Counted from the stretch's first letter, positions 11,636 through 22,590 are shown. The stretch: 64,000 nucleotides of DNA from Candidatus Thorarchaeota archaeon (GCA_963726195.1 CAVSBO010000016.1:96001-160000), one strand, 5' to 3'. Notes: generated from the letters alone by a model not told the origin. Numbers and translations: made by a program.

Positions 11636-11760
11636 GCCGAGTCACCACAGCAGAGAAAGCCTGAAGTGTGTTAAGGCGTTTTTGATACAGCAAGCATTGC
11701 TAACACCCCTTGCCCAATTCGAGAACCGCATTCGAGTCCTTGAATCCCGGAGACAGAGAC

Positions 11761-12306
11761 TTGCCCAAGCCAGCGAAAGCAAAGAAAGCTACTGTGAAAA
11801 CATACGCTGGAACAAAGAAGGGCAGAACCACAAAGAAGTCCGGGGTTGATGTTATCGAAAGAAAACCTGCGAAGGCCAAGCAACAAGTTGCCATGGTCAA
11901 GAGAGTACCCATAAGTCCAGAAGACCAGAACTATGTTCTGAACGACCTCCTCATCGAGTCGCAAAGTGCGGACGAACAGATGTCGCTTGGTGCAATTGAC
12001 CGTCTCGGCCGTATGGATGACACGCGTGCAACGGCATGCCTCGTCAGCTGCCTCAAGGACCCGAGATTCATAGTCCGTATCTACGCTGCTGCTCAGCTTG
12101 GTGAGAGAAACGATGCGTCAGCAGTCGAATCGTTGATAGAAGCTCTCCACGATGAATCTGTGTTTGTCAGGCAGACTGTGGCAGGAGCCCTAGGGCACAT
12201 TGGTGGCGAAAAAGCCGTTCAAGCAGTGAAAGAAGCTGAGACTGAAGGGCTGCTACTCAACGAACTGCCTGAAGGAAGGCGACTTGACCCGCCTCCGGAA
12301 GTGTGA
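11761..12306 (+). CDS. HEAT/PBS-lyase repeat protein with Lys-rich N-terminus
   Basis: LKDPRFIVRIYAAAQLG and LHDESVFVRQTVAGALG repeats. Confidence 0.8.
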   Translation: MPKPAKAKKATVKTYAGTKKGRTTKKSGVDVIERKPAKAKQQVAMVKRVPISPEDQNYVLNDLLIESQSADEQMSLGAIDRLGRMDDTRATACLVSCLKDPRFIVRIYAAAQLGERNDASAVESLIEALHDESVFVRQTVAGALGHIGGEKAVQAVKEAETEGLLLNELPEGRRLDPPPEV

Positions 12307-12350
12307 GTATGCATCCAGGGCTTAGCAGAGAGTAGTGGTTTCCCAGAAAT

Positions 12351-13931
12351 CTATCTTTTTGTCTTCTTGGTGTCGCCCTTTCTGTAGGACTCTGCTAACA
12401 AATCCGGGATGTATCGTGTCTCAATGTTGGTGCCCTTTAGGATGTCAGTTATCTGAATCGTGCAGAACGGACACTCGGTCGCAACCATCTGGGCCCCCGT
12501 CGCTTCGATGTATTCCTTCTTCGTAGTTGCTATCTTCATCGAAAGCTCGCGCTTTCCTGCACGTACGCCGCCGCCCGCACCACAACAACGGTTCTTGTAT
12601 GGGTCGTCGATATACTCAAGCCCGGGAATCATCTTGAGCAGCTCAATTGGCTGTGTTACGACTCCCTGCCCGCGGCCAAGGTGACACGGTTCGTGGTATG
12701 TCACCTTGATCTTGAGCTCGCCCTTCGGCTTAATGATGTTTTCTTCGCCAATCGCATCCAGCATGTATTCCGCGAGGTCATAGACCTTGAACTTTGGGGG
12801 CTCGCCGCGCATCTCCTCGACGAGAGGACGATGGTCCTCACGCAGGGTCTTGCCACAACCTGCGCAGGCGACAACGACTGTGTCCAGCTTGTACTTGTCC
12901 ATGACTTTCTCAAAAATCTCGGTGACCCTTTTGGCGGCGTCCTTGGCTGTGTGGGTGTCTCCGGTTCTGAAAGCAGGACTTGCACAACACCACTGCTCCT
13001 TTGGAACAATGACATCAATGTTGTTTCGGTTCAAGACCTCAATCAATGCCCTGCCAGTGTTTGGCATGCGATAGTCAATCAGACAGCCGGTGAAAAATGC
13101 GACTCGACCACGTGGCTTCTTGACGAGGAACTCCTCTGTGCCTATGCTCTTCAGAAGAGGCGCTTCCTTCTCAGGAACCGACCTGCCAGTAGCGTTAATT
13201 GAATCTATGAACGCTTGCTGACCTTCTGCAAGGGCGTAGCCAGCCTCAACAGCTTTTGCTCTCAACAACTCGACTGCTAGGCTTGGTATCTTGATTCGCT
13301 TGGGACAGATATCCTCGCACATTTTGCACGTGGTGCAGCTGTAGACGGACTCGTCCATTGCCATGGCGACACGATCTTCAACATCACGTGGGTCCAGCTC
13401 CAATCGAGCGAGTTGTCTGATAATCATGGGCCCAGGATAATCCCAAGTCTCATGCACGATTGGACAATTAGAAAGGCATGCCGAGCACTCAATGCACTTC
13501 CGTATTTCCCGAACCTTTTCGATTTCTTCGCTGTGAATTATCTCGGGTCTCTGAGGAGGTGTATCCCTTGCGACATAAGGTCTGATACGTCTAATCCTCA
13601 TTGTGACCTGTGCCAAGTCCACAACAAGGTCCTTGATGATTGGCATCTTCTCAAGCGGCTCGAGCTTCAGGGAGGAAACGTCCGGGTTGACTTTCGTCCG
13701 ACAGGCTATCCGGGCTGTGCCGTTAACCTTCACAGCACAGGAACCGCACTGCCCGCCTCTGCATTCCCACCGAAAAGCAAGACTTGAGTCGTACTTATCC
13801 TGAATGTATAGTAATGCATCAAGAATAGTCATTCCGGGTTCGAAAGCGACATTGAAGTCTTGAAAGTAAGGCGCATTGTCAATGTCAGGGTTATATCTCT
13901 GAACACTAGCCTTGAAGGTCTTGGTTGCCAT
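12351..13931 (-). CDS. tfrB: Thiol:fumarate reductase subunit B (FrdB-like Fe-S domain + CCG domains)
   Basis: CRGGQCGSC 2Fe-2S motif, CIECSACLSNC, CTTCKMCEDIC, and two CCG-like domains (WCCASP, RCCGAGGG). Confidence 0.88.
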   Translation of the reverse strand: MATKTFKASVQRYNPDIDNAPYFQDFNVAFEPGMTILDALLYIQDKYDSSLAFRWECRGGQCGSCAVKVNGTARIACRTKVNPDVSSLKLEPLEKMPIIKDLVVDLAQVTMRIRRIRPYVARDTPPQRPEIIHSEEIEKVREIRKCIECSACLSNCPIVHETWDYPGPMIIRQLARLELDPRDVEDRVAMAMDESVYSCTTCKMCEDICPKRIKIPSLAVELLRAKAVEAGYALAEGQQAFIDSINATGRSVPEKEAPLLKSIGTEEFLVKKPRGRVAFFTGCLIDYRMPNTGRALIEVLNRNNIDVIVPKEQWCCASPAFRTGDTHTAKDAAKRVTEIFEKVMDKYKLDTVVVACAGCGKTLREDHRPLVEEMRGEPPKFKVYDLAEYMLDAIGEENIIKPKGELKIKVTYHEPCHLGRGQGVVTQPIELLKMIPGLEYIDDPYKNRCCGAGGGVRAGKRELSMKIATTKKEYIEATGAQMVATECPFCTIQITDILKGTNIETRYIPDLLAESYRKGDTKKTKR

Positions 13932-13945
13932 TGCCTATTCCTCCA

Positions 13946-15634
13946 CTACGGCGGCGTAATCTTAGTGATAACCAATGGGTCCTTTCTCAGCTGCATCTGC
14001 CCATCGGGGCCCTTGCGTATTATGATATTGTAATAGCCCTTATCATTGGGGTCAGCATCTGTCCTGAAGTGCGCACCTCTGCTGCCCTTCCTCAGCAGTG
14101 CGGCTTCGGAGACCATCCTCGCGGTTATCACCATGTGCGCAAACTCGATAGCTTGGTGCCAGCCCGGATTGAATCGTTTTATCTGTTTGTCCACCTTGAC
14201 CCTTGGCACCATTTCCTTTTCCATTCTTCTGAGTTCTTGAACAGCATAGGAAAGACCCTTCTCATTCCTGAATATGTGCACATTCTCTTCCATTAGTTTG
14301 GTCAGGGCCGCGCGGGCTTCAGCTGGCGAAACTCCTTCCCTGCGCTGCAACATGGCCTCAAGACGTTCGAACTCATGAATCGCATCATCTCTATTGAAAC
14401 CGAGCAGCTTGCCGCCCTTCGCATACTTCGCCGCGTTCGTTCCGGCAATCGAACCGAAAACCTGAGTGTCGGCTAGGGCATTCCCACCGAGCCTGTTGCC
14501 CCCGTGCACACCACCTGTGCATTCTCCAGCCGCGTATAGACCAGAGATACTCGTTGCCGCTTCTTCGTTGATTCTAATTCCACCCATGAAGTGATGGGCG
14601 GTCGGGGCAACGACCATGGGCTCCTCATGAATGTCCACGCCAGCGTCCTCAAACTGCTCAACCATGCTCTCTAGCCTGTAATCAATAATCGACCTTGGCA
14701 AGTGCGCAACACTGAGGTAGACCCCGCCGTCTGGTGTACCTCTGCCCTGCATTATCTCGGTCATTATCGCGCGCGTCACCTGGTCACGACCTGCAAGCTC
14801 AAGCACGTCCGGATAGTATCGTTCCATGAAACGTTCACCGCGAGCATTCAGCAGGATTCCTCCTTCGCCTCGCACAGCTTCCGTGACAAGTCGTCCGCGG
14901 GCGGATTCTGGCTTGACTTGGCCCGTTGGGTGGAACTGCACGTGCTCCATATCGAGCATTTCACAGCCCGCATCATAGGCCATAGCGTAACCGTCGCCTA
15001 CGTCGAGCTGAGCATTACTGGTAACCTTGTAAACGCGCCCCGCCCCACCTGTTGCCATAACAATGGACTTCGCTCTGAAAACCAGATAGTCTCCGTACTT
15101 CAAATCGATAGCCGTGACGCCAGCGACCTTGCCATCTGTGATTAGGAGTTTCGTGGCGAATATCTCATCGAAGACTCTCACAGAGGCCTTTCGGATCCCC
15201 TCGGTGAGTGTGACCATTATCTCAGAACCTGTTCTATCGGACGCATAGGCAGTCCTTCGCCAGGTTTGCTTGCCGAATGCCCTTTGTGCTATCTTTCCTT
15301 CGGGAGTTCTGTCAAAAACTGCGCCCATCTCTTCCAAGTCGTAGATCCTTTCCGCGGCGTCCCTCACCAGAATCTCGACAAGCTTCTGATTGTTCAGGTA
15401 GTTGCCACCAACGATTGTGTCTTTGAAATGTGTGTCAGGTTTGTCAGCGGAGTCTACATTTCCGAGTGCAGCGTTGTAGCCGCCTTCGGCCATTGATGTG
15501 TGAGCCTTGCCAAGAAGTTCCTTACTAAGCATGATCACATCTAGGTTCTGCTTTGATGCCTCTATCGCGGCGCGGCATCCTGCTCCGCCAGCACCGACGA
15601 CAAGCACATCGCAGACAATCGTCTTGTAGTCCAA
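13946..15634 (-). CDS. tfrA: Fumarate reductase flavoprotein subunit A
   Basis: GAGGAG, HTSMAEGG, QFHPT, TEAVRGEGG, HHFMGG, HGGNRLGGNAL; TTG start after GGAGG. Confidence 0.9.
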   Translation of the reverse strand: MDYKTIVCDVLVVGAGGAGCRAAIEASKQNLDVIMLSKELLGKAHTSMAEGGYNAALGNVDSADKPDTHFKDTIVGGNYLNNQKLVEILVRDAAERIYDLEEMGAVFDRTPEGKIAQRAFGKQTWRRTAYASDRTGSEIMVTLTEGIRKASVRVFDEIFATKLLITDGKVAGVTAIDLKYGDYLVFRAKSIVMATGGAGRVYKVTSNAQLDVGDGYAMAYDAGCEMLDMEHVQFHPTGQVKPESARGRLVTEAVRGEGGILLNARGERFMERYYPDVLELAGRDQVTRAIMTEIMQGRGTPDGGVYLSVAHLPRSIIDYRLESMVEQFEDAGVDIHEEPMVVAPTAHHFMGGIRINEEAATSISGLYAAGECTGGVHGGNRLGGNALADTQVFGSIAGTNAAKYAKGGKLLGFNRDDAIHEFERLEAMLQRREGVSPAEARAALTKLMEENVHIFRNEKGLSYAVQELRRMEKEMVPRVKVDKQIKRFNPGWHQAIEFAHMVITARMVSEAALLRKGSRGAHFRTDADPNDKGYYNIIIRKGPDGQMQLRKDPLVITKITPP

Positions 15635-15885
15635 GTAAAGTCCTCCCAACGTGAACTCTTTCCGACTCGACGGCGGTCGGTCATTGAGCGGCTTTTATCC
15701 TTACTGTTCTACTTGGTACTGCATGCTTGATGCGAATTGTGCATTTACTTCTCAAAGGCAGGCATTCTGACAATCGTGACAGTGAATCTGGCATTTGGCG
15801 CCAAGATTCGCCTATTGTGGTACAGACTAATCATATCTAAATGGGTCCGCACGAATAAAGGCGCAGGATAATGGGGTGCCGAATC

Positions 15886-15987
15886 ATGGATGTCGAAAAC
15901 GTCCTGCTGGCTATCGCATTGTTCGTCCTAGTCTTGGTCGCTCTGTACGGAATGACTGTGCCGATGCTGAGCGCACTGGGAATCTAA
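15886..15987 (+). CDS. 33-aa single-pass membrane microprotein
   Basis: MDVENVLLAIALFVLVLVALYGMTVPMLSALGI*, preceded by an SD-like GGGGTG; below the ORF-track cutoff. Confidence 0.5.
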   Translation: MDVENVLLAIALFVLVLVALYGMTVPMLSALGI

Positions 15988-16096
15988 GCAAGAGGACTGA
16001 GCAAGAGAAGCGTTTCCAAATGCCCGTCGTGATTCGTAAAGAGCTGCGACGCTGCAGCCAAGTCCCATGTGATTGACTACTTGGATAATGGCTGAA

Positions 16097-16705
16097 CTAC
16101 GGCTTGATGCCCAGCTTCGCGTAGACCTCTGCTTTCTTGGCCTCCACCTTTTTTGCTATGTCGTCGTGAAGGCTATTGCCATGTGAATCCATGGTCACGA
16201 GAAGCGGTCCGAAGTCTTTTGCCGTAATTACCCAAAGGGCCTCTGGCATGCCGAGATCCTGCCACTCGTACGCTCTGACTTCCTTGAGACCCTTGGCTGC
16301 GAGCGCTCCGCAGCCGCCCGTATAACTGCAGTAGACTGCACCGACCTCCTTCAATGCGGCCAGTGTCTTGGGTCCCATGCCACCCTTTCCTACGATTATT
16401 CGTGCTCTGAACTTGCGTAGAAATTCATCTTCGAAGAGCTCCATGCGCGTGCTCGTAGTTGGACCCGCGGAAACTATCTGCCATTTGCCGCCTTTCTTCC
16501 ACGCAACCGGACCAACATGGTAGATGACGCTTCCATTGAAATCGACAGGTGGTTTCTCCCCTTTCTTTAGCAGCTCCAGCGCACGCTGGTGGGCCTCGTC
16601 ACGGGCGGTATAGACATGTTCTCCGGAAACGTATATAATGTCGCCAACCTTCAGCTTCCTAGCATCGGCCTCCGAAATAGGTGTGGTTAGATGATACTCT
16701 GCCAT
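16097..16705 (-). CDS. fumB: Fe-S fumarate hydratase beta subunit
   Basis: TARDEAH, GPTTSTRM, GKGGMG, DLGMPEA. Confidence 0.92.
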   Translation of the reverse strand: MAEYHLTTPISEADARKLKVGDIIYVSGEHVYTARDEAHQRALELLKKGEKPPVDFNGSVIYHVGPVAWKKGGKWQIVSAGPTTSTRMELFEDEFLRKFRARIIVGKGGMGPKTLAALKEVGAVYCSYTGGCGALAAKGLKEVRAYEWQDLGMPEALWVITAKDFGPLLVTMDSHGNSLHDDIAKKVEAKKAEVYAKLGIKP

Positions 16706-16706
16706 T

Positions 16707-17606
16707 TCACTTTCCTCCCGGGTGTGTCAGATACTTCACCTTGAGATCCTTCGAAATCACGGCTGTGCTCCTTCTGGCAGCCCAGCACTGGACGGCAACG
16801 CCAACCGGAAGACTAGCGGGATGGCGCATTGCATAACCGATTTTCACAGCTAGGACTGTTGTCTTGCCACCAAGCCCCATCGGTCCGATCCCTGTCATAT
16901 TCAACGCATCCGCGAGCTCCTTCTCAAGCTTCGCAACTTCAGGCTCAGGGTGGCTATCGTCCAGCGGTCTTAGTAGCTGCTGTTTGGCAATCTTGATTGA
17001 AATGTCAGCTCCCCCGCCGATGCCTATGCCGATTATGTTCGGCGAGCAGGCTTCGCCCATGTACTTCATTGCATTGTCGACCACGAGCTTCTTCACTCCG
17101 GCGAGACCGGCGCTAGGCTTGAGCATGCCAACTATCGAGACGTTCTCACTGCCGCCGCCCTTCGGAAACACTGTTATCTCTAGCGAGTCGCCGGATACAA
17201 TCTCCCAGTTGACCCAAGGAATCTTCTCTCCTATGTTGTCACCTGAGTTTGTTCCTTTGAAAGGATGGACTGCATTCGGTCTGAGCGGTATCTCCTCAGT
17301 CGCCTTTCTTGTCGCTGATGTCAGTGCATCCTGAATGGAATCAATGTAAGGGAATTTAGCTCCGACCTTCACGTAGTAGATAATGACTCCAGTGTCTTGA
17401 CACATCGGTATTCCCGTCGCAGCAATCTCCAGGTTCGAGATGATTGCTGAGAGCTGTGTCTTTGCGGTCGGGTCGTCCTCGTTTCTGTACGCTGTCCTAA
17501 GAGCCGCTTCCACATCGCTTGGCAGTTTCGTTACTGCCATTTTCAACATGCGAACCACAGTATCTTGGATCACCTGACTCGCGTCTGTCATGACTATCAG
17601 CTTCAT
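16707..17606 (-). CDS. fumA: Fe-S fumarate hydratase alpha subunit
   Basis: PMCQDTG, PKGGGSEN, GIGPMGLGG, HPASLPV, QCWAARR. Confidence 0.92.
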   Translation of the reverse strand: MKLIVMTDASQVIQDTVVRMLKMAVTKLPSDVEAALRTAYRNEDDPTAKTQLSAIISNLEIAATGIPMCQDTGVIIYYVKVGAKFPYIDSIQDALTSATRKATEEIPLRPNAVHPFKGTNSGDNIGEKIPWVNWEIVSGDSLEITVFPKGGGSENVSIVGMLKPSAGLAGVKKLVVDNAMKYMGEACSPNIIGIGIGGGADISIKIAKQQLLRPLDDSHPEPEVAKLEKELADALNMTGIGPMGLGGKTTVLAVKIGYAMRHPASLPVGVAVQCWAARRSTAVISKDLKVKYLTHPGGK

Positions 17607-17819
17607 GATGTTGCTCCGCGGAAATTGATAACACCTGTCCCAGCGGGGTGACTGCTCACTTCAAACGGCACCTAATCTGTATTGCTGTCAGTTGCAGAAC
17701 TGTCTGAACATAAGAGAAATCCACATCCGGGAGATGGTTATATCTCAGGTTCCTGCACATGAACATACAGCCTCACAAGACGGACGAAGGCATGAAGTGC
17801 GGGCGAAGATTGAGAGACC

Positions 17820-18308
17820 ATGATTCCAAGCCTAACGATGTCATCCGTATTGTCCGTTCTGACTGCTCTGAGCCTCCTATCCTTCTACAGCTACCTTGAC
17901 ATACGCCATCGCCAAGTATCAAATACTGCTGTACTGCTCGGAGGTGCGCTCGCATTCGTCGTGGTCGTATTATCCGGCCATCTACAGGCTCGACTTCCGC
18001 TCCACCTGTCTGCAGTCATCTTTGTTCCTTTGCTCTCATACTCACTGTTCAGGATTGGCGCTCTTGGTGGGGCAGATGTGAAGATATTATTGATCACCGC
18101 AATAGTGAGCCCGGGCTTTGAACTCATGGAGATGACCAACGCTCTGTTCGAGTCGGTATTGTCAGCATCTATTCAGATGTTTCTCATGTTGCTGGGCGGC
18201 TATCTGTATACACGAACGTCCGGCCACAAGAACCATGCAATCTCCCCACCGCTAATTCCATTCCTCTTTTTGGGGTATTTCGTGATACAGCTCATGGCAC
18301 TGGTCTAG
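17820..18308 (+). CDS. A24-family prepilin/preflagellin peptidase
   Basis: Membrane protein with SYLDIRHRQVSN and LGGADVK catalytic Asp motifs, and PLIPFL. Confidence 0.8.
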   Translation: MIPSLTMSSVLSVLTALSLLSFYSYLDIRHRQVSNTAVLLGGALAFVVVVLSGHLQARLPLHLSAVIFVPLLSYSLFRIGALGGADVKILLITAIVSPGFELMEMTNALFESVLSASIQMFLMLLGGYLYTRTSGHKNHAISPPLIPFLFLGYFVIQLMALV

Positions 18309-18676
18309 AGCCCCGACCTGCCAAGCCCCGCAAATACGAGCTTCTGAAGAATGCTGGAAGGAACCGCGAATGCATAGAAGAGAGTCCAAAGCACTACCCA
18401 CATGAGCAAGTAAGACATCAAGGAATTGGTGACTAGTCTTTGTCGTCCGCCCATGACAGTTGGATCAACATCCAAGAGGTAGACAATGACAAAAATCGTG
18501 AGCACATACATGAGGACGCCGAAGATAAGCCCTCTCAGTCCTGCGAACGTCTGACCGCCTGCGGCGCATATGATGGCAGTTATGATGGCAAAGAGCATCT
18601 TCACGTAGAAAGTCTGATCCTGGGGACGCTTTTCCCATCTGCCGAATAGCTGTTTGAAGACAGACTTGAAGCTCAC
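18305..18676 (-). CDS. EMC6/Rab5IP-like three-TM membrane protein
   Basis: Three TM segments; C-terminal SYLLMWVVLWTLFY resembles EMC6 TYVLFWTFLY. Confidence 0.6.
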   Translation of the reverse strand: MSFKSVFKQLFGRWEKRPQDQTFYVKMLFAIITAIICAAGGQTFAGLRGLIFGVLMYVLTIFVIVYLLDVDPTVMGGRQRLVTNSLMSYLLMWVVLWTLFYAFAVPSSILQKLVFAGLGRSGL

Positions 18677-18918
18677 GTTTACTCACCGGTCGGACTGGAG
18701 CAGGGTCGGTTAATAAAGTTATAATCGTATCGCTCTCAATCATGGCATGGATCCGACGGTATCGAAGAGAATTAATGGATATGTGGTAACAAAGAGTTCG
18801 AAACTACTGATAGAGACTCGTGAAATAGACTGCTTAGGTCTTGTTTTCACCCGTAATCTCATTGATTTCGACAGAATTCAAGACGTCGGTGATTCTACCG
18901 TAGGCTGGCGATTACTGA

Positions 18919-20933
18919 ATGAAAGATGCGATGAGCAACATTGACATCATGTTGGTACTTCCAGAGATAAGGAAGGCTGCAGAGGGGGCCTTTGTCAAGA
19001 ACATCTATCATCATGGCCAAGTCTTTGTACTGAAGCTTTACCAGCCCTCTGGTGGTAATGCGCAACTCCTGATTGAGCCGGGTCGTCGGATCCATCTAAC
19101 CGAGTTCCATAGAGTCGCTGAGAAACAACCAACAAAGTTCGTGACTGTCCTACGCAAGTACCTACGGGACAAGAGAATCGTTAGTGTCAGGCAGCATGAA
19201 CTAGATCGCATTGTCGTTTTGGAAACCAGTGACGAATCAGGAACACACAAGCTCGTGGTCGAACTCTTCGGGGAAGGCAATCTGATACTACTGGATCCTG
19301 AAGACGCCATCTTTGTGGCAATGCATTACAAGAGAATGCGTGACCGAGACTTGATACCTAAGGCCAAGTATGAATTGCCGCCGCCAAGAGGAATAGATGT
19401 GCGCACGCTGGAAGGACATTCTCTCAGGGAGATAATGTCCGATTCAGAAGCGAACGTTGTGCGAACACTGGCGAGCCGTCTGAATCTGGATTCGCTAAGT
19501 TGCGAAGAGGTATGTGCACTTTCGGGAGTCTCGTCGAAACTTATGGTGGCAGACCTCGACGACCAGGGATTCTTGGACCTTGAGAATGGGCTACGCTCAT
19601 TTATAGAGAAACTCAAAGCAGGAGTCAATGGCCCTTGTCTAGTCTTTGAGGAGGGAGAGGAGTCAGAGAATGAGAAGTCACCAATGGCATTTCTTCCATT
19701 CGAGTTCGCGTTCTATCGTGAACTACAGACAAAGCGGTTTGATACCTACAGTCAGGCAATTGACGAGTTCTTTGGAGTATCGCCTCAAGAAGAGGCAGAA
19801 GGAGAAACAAGCGATAAGTTCAGTGAGGAAACGCAGCGTCTACAGACAATCATCGACAAACAACAGGAGAGCCTTTTGCTTCTTAGAAAGAAGGCCGAGG
19901 AACTCAGGAATCAAGGGGAAGTCATTTACGCGAACTTCCGAGTCGTTCAGGAAGCACTTGAATCCATAACAGGAGTTCGATCACGTGGACAGCCTTGGGA
20001 CCAAATACTCCGTAGAATCGAGGAAGGAAAGAAAGATGGGGTCGGATCAGCGGTCCTAATTGAGCAGATTATACCCTCTCAGGCACAGATTGTCATGAAC
20101 TTTGGTGGGGCCAAAGCAACGCTTGATATGAGACTGTCCGCTCAGGATAATGCCGCAGCATCTTATGACGAGGCAAAGAAGATGGAAGCCAAAGCCGAGG
20201 GTGCGGAGGCTCAGGTCGCCAAGACACGTTCTCAGCTCGACCGGATGCAGGCACCGGTAGTTCCACAGCCAACAAGAGCAATCTCCACTAAGATAAGGAA
20301 GCAAAAGTGGTATGAGAGATATCGCTGGTTCATGTCGTCAGAGGGCTTTCTTGTATTGGGTGGTCGAGACATCAAGAGCAACGAACAGCTTGCAAAAAGA
20401 CAGATGACTGCAAACGACGTCTTCTTTCATGCATCACTTCATGGTGCGCCATACGTCATTGTGAAAGTCCCGGATCAACCGCCTAGCGAACAGACTCTAA
20501 TTGAGGCTGCACAGTTTGCAGTCGCGTTCTCCAGCGCATGGCATGATGGCCTCTCCTCTGGCGATGCGTACTGGGTCAATCCCGAGCAAGTCAGCTCTCG
20601 CCGCCTACAGGTGAGTATCTGCCACCGGGCGGGATCATGATATATGGCACGAAGAATTACATAAGGGGTGTCCCAGTGGAAGTATCTGTGGGGGTAATGA
20701 TTGAGGGAGAATTCGCGATACCGATTTCGGGACCCACATCTGCGGTGTCAACCAGCACCAGCTATCATGTAAGGATTGTCCCTGGCAAGACCAAGAAGAG
20801 CCAGCTTGTAAAAGAGATTGCAGGGCACTTGGCGCGAATGGCTCCAGAGGAAATTGCTCCTCTCATCACTCGCATACCTCAAGAGGATATGATGCGGGTT
20901 CTTCCTCCGGGTGACGGAGAGATACTTCTCTGA
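18919..20933 (+). CDS. rqcH: Ribosome quality control factor RqcH/NEMF (NFACT), frameshift at about 20596
   Basis: LDRIV, ELFGEGNLIL, KWYERYRWFMSSEGFLVLGGRD, FFHASLHGAP. Confidence 0.92.
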
Positions 20934-21105
20934 GCTCGACGCCGTCATCTAGCGCCGAACACATTCCAACCACATGCTCCAATCAGGGTCAATCTGATGC
21001 CGACAGCACAGACAGATTTAATAAGTTGGTTCAGAGGAAAGCTCACGAAATCACCCATCCGGCTATATTGATGGGATGACTCTCTGACGGACGGAGGTCG
21101 TTTTC

Positions 21106-21669
21106 ATGGCTGAAGGTTCACATGACATGTCTATGAGGGATATCATGACTTCTGACGTGGTCACGATGTCACCTGAGGACTCTGCCCTTGATGTCGCGAA
21201 GTCTATGAGCAAGGCAGACATAAGCTCAATTGTCGTTGTAAGCAAAGCAAGACCCGTAGGTATCATAACTGAAGAGGACTTGGTAAGGCGGGTAATTGCT
21301 AAAGAGCTGAATCCTGAGACGACCAATGCAAGTCAAATCATGAGCTCGCCGCTCATACACGTCACCCTAGATACATCTCTCACTGATGCAATGCGTGTGA
21401 TGGCGCGAAGCGGAATTCAGAGAGTTGCCGTGTTGAAGAATGAGTCTCTCGTGGGTATTGTGACTTCAAAGGACATTCTTCTGTGGTCTCCGGAACTTAT
21501 CGATATCTTGGTCGAGTCACTAAGGATGAAAACCGGCGGGACGGCCAGACCTTACGAAGAAGAAGACGATATCGTAGGATACGGAGGAATTTGTGACAGC
21601 TGCGGTGAGTACTCCACGGACCTAGTTATGGAAGACGGCAGATACTTGTGCGAGGCATGCCGGAGCTAG
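21106..21669 (+). CDS. CBS-pair protein with C-terminal Zn ribbon
   Basis: Two CBS repeats; CDSC...CEAC. Confidence 0.88.
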   Translation: MAEGSHDMSMRDIMTSDVVTMSPEDSALDVAKSMSKADISSIVVVSKARPVGIITEEDLVRRVIAKELNPETTNASQIMSSPLIHVTLDTSLTDAMRVMARSGIQRVAVLKNESLVGIVTSKDILLWSPELIDILVESLRMKTGGTARPYEEEDDIVGYGGICDSCGEYSTDLVMEDGRYLCEACRS

Positions 21670-21728
21670 TTCGGTTTATTAGCAGCATCCGGCCTGTATG
21701 GGTGAGCACGATATAGGAGGACTAGGCA

Positions 21729-22544
21729 TTGGAGATATCTCAGTTAATGACTGACCCAGTCACGATTGCTAAGGATCAGAGGTTGTCTTTTGCTCTCGAC
21801 CTTCTTGAGAAGAAGCGGGTGGATAGGCTAATCGTAACTGAAGACGGCAATCTGAGGGGAATACTGACATACGCAGACATCGCTGACCGACTTGGCGTGA
21901 GCAAAGTCATTGCGGTCTCGATTGGAAGACTCCACGTTTCGAGCGCTATGACTGAGACTGTAATCACGGTTCTGCCTACGGATGATGTAACGAATGTCGC
22001 ACAGCTCATGATTGATAGAGGAATGAGCGGGTGTCCCGTCGTAGACAAGGATGGCAGACTCGTGGGTGTAATAACTAAGGCTGAAATCACAACGCTTGCG
22101 AAGAAAATTGAGAATGTAAAAGTGAAGGAACTTATGACCAAAGAGGAGCTCTTGGTAGTCAGCCCGGTAGAGAGACTAATCAAGGCGAGATCGGAAATGC
22201 TTGCGGCCGGTTACACTGGGCTCCCAGTAACTGACGGCAAGCGCGTGCTGGGCCTCCTGACCGAAAGAATGGTCGCAGAAGCCATGGCGAAATTCAGTGA
22301 GGAAGTACCAGACAAGTATCGTGCAAATCAAGTCAGAATGATTCGAGTCGTGGATGCAATGATGCAACAACCTCCTATGGCGGAACCAGACGACCCGATA
22401 TCGGTTGCGGCAACAAAGCTGCTCGAGGCATATCTGAACACTCTGCCCGTCGTTACGAAAGGAAATAAGCTGGTTGGGATAATCAGTGCCACAGATTTCA
22501 CCCGTTTTGTGGCAAACAAGTTCAAGATTCCTCAAACTCGCTAG
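21729..22544 (+). CDS. Four-CBS-domain protein
   Basis: Repeated LVGII/GIL CBS motifs. Confidence 0.88.
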   Translation: MEISQLMTDPVTIAKDQRLSFALDLLEKKRVDRLIVTEDGNLRGILTYADIADRLGVSKVIAVSIGRLHVSSAMTETVITVLPTDDVTNVAQLMIDRGMSGCPVVDKDGRLVGVITKAEITTLAKKIENVKVKELMTKEELLVVSPVERLIKARSEMLAAGYTGLPVTDGKRVLGLLTERMVAEAMAKFSEEVPDKYRANQVRMIRVVDAMMQQPPMAEPDDPISVAATKLLEAYLNTLPVVTKGNKLVGIISATDFTRFVANKFKIPQTR

Positions 22545-22590
22545 TCGTTCAGCGTTTCTCATGAATGTCCGATGGTGGCCTTGGTAGTAG

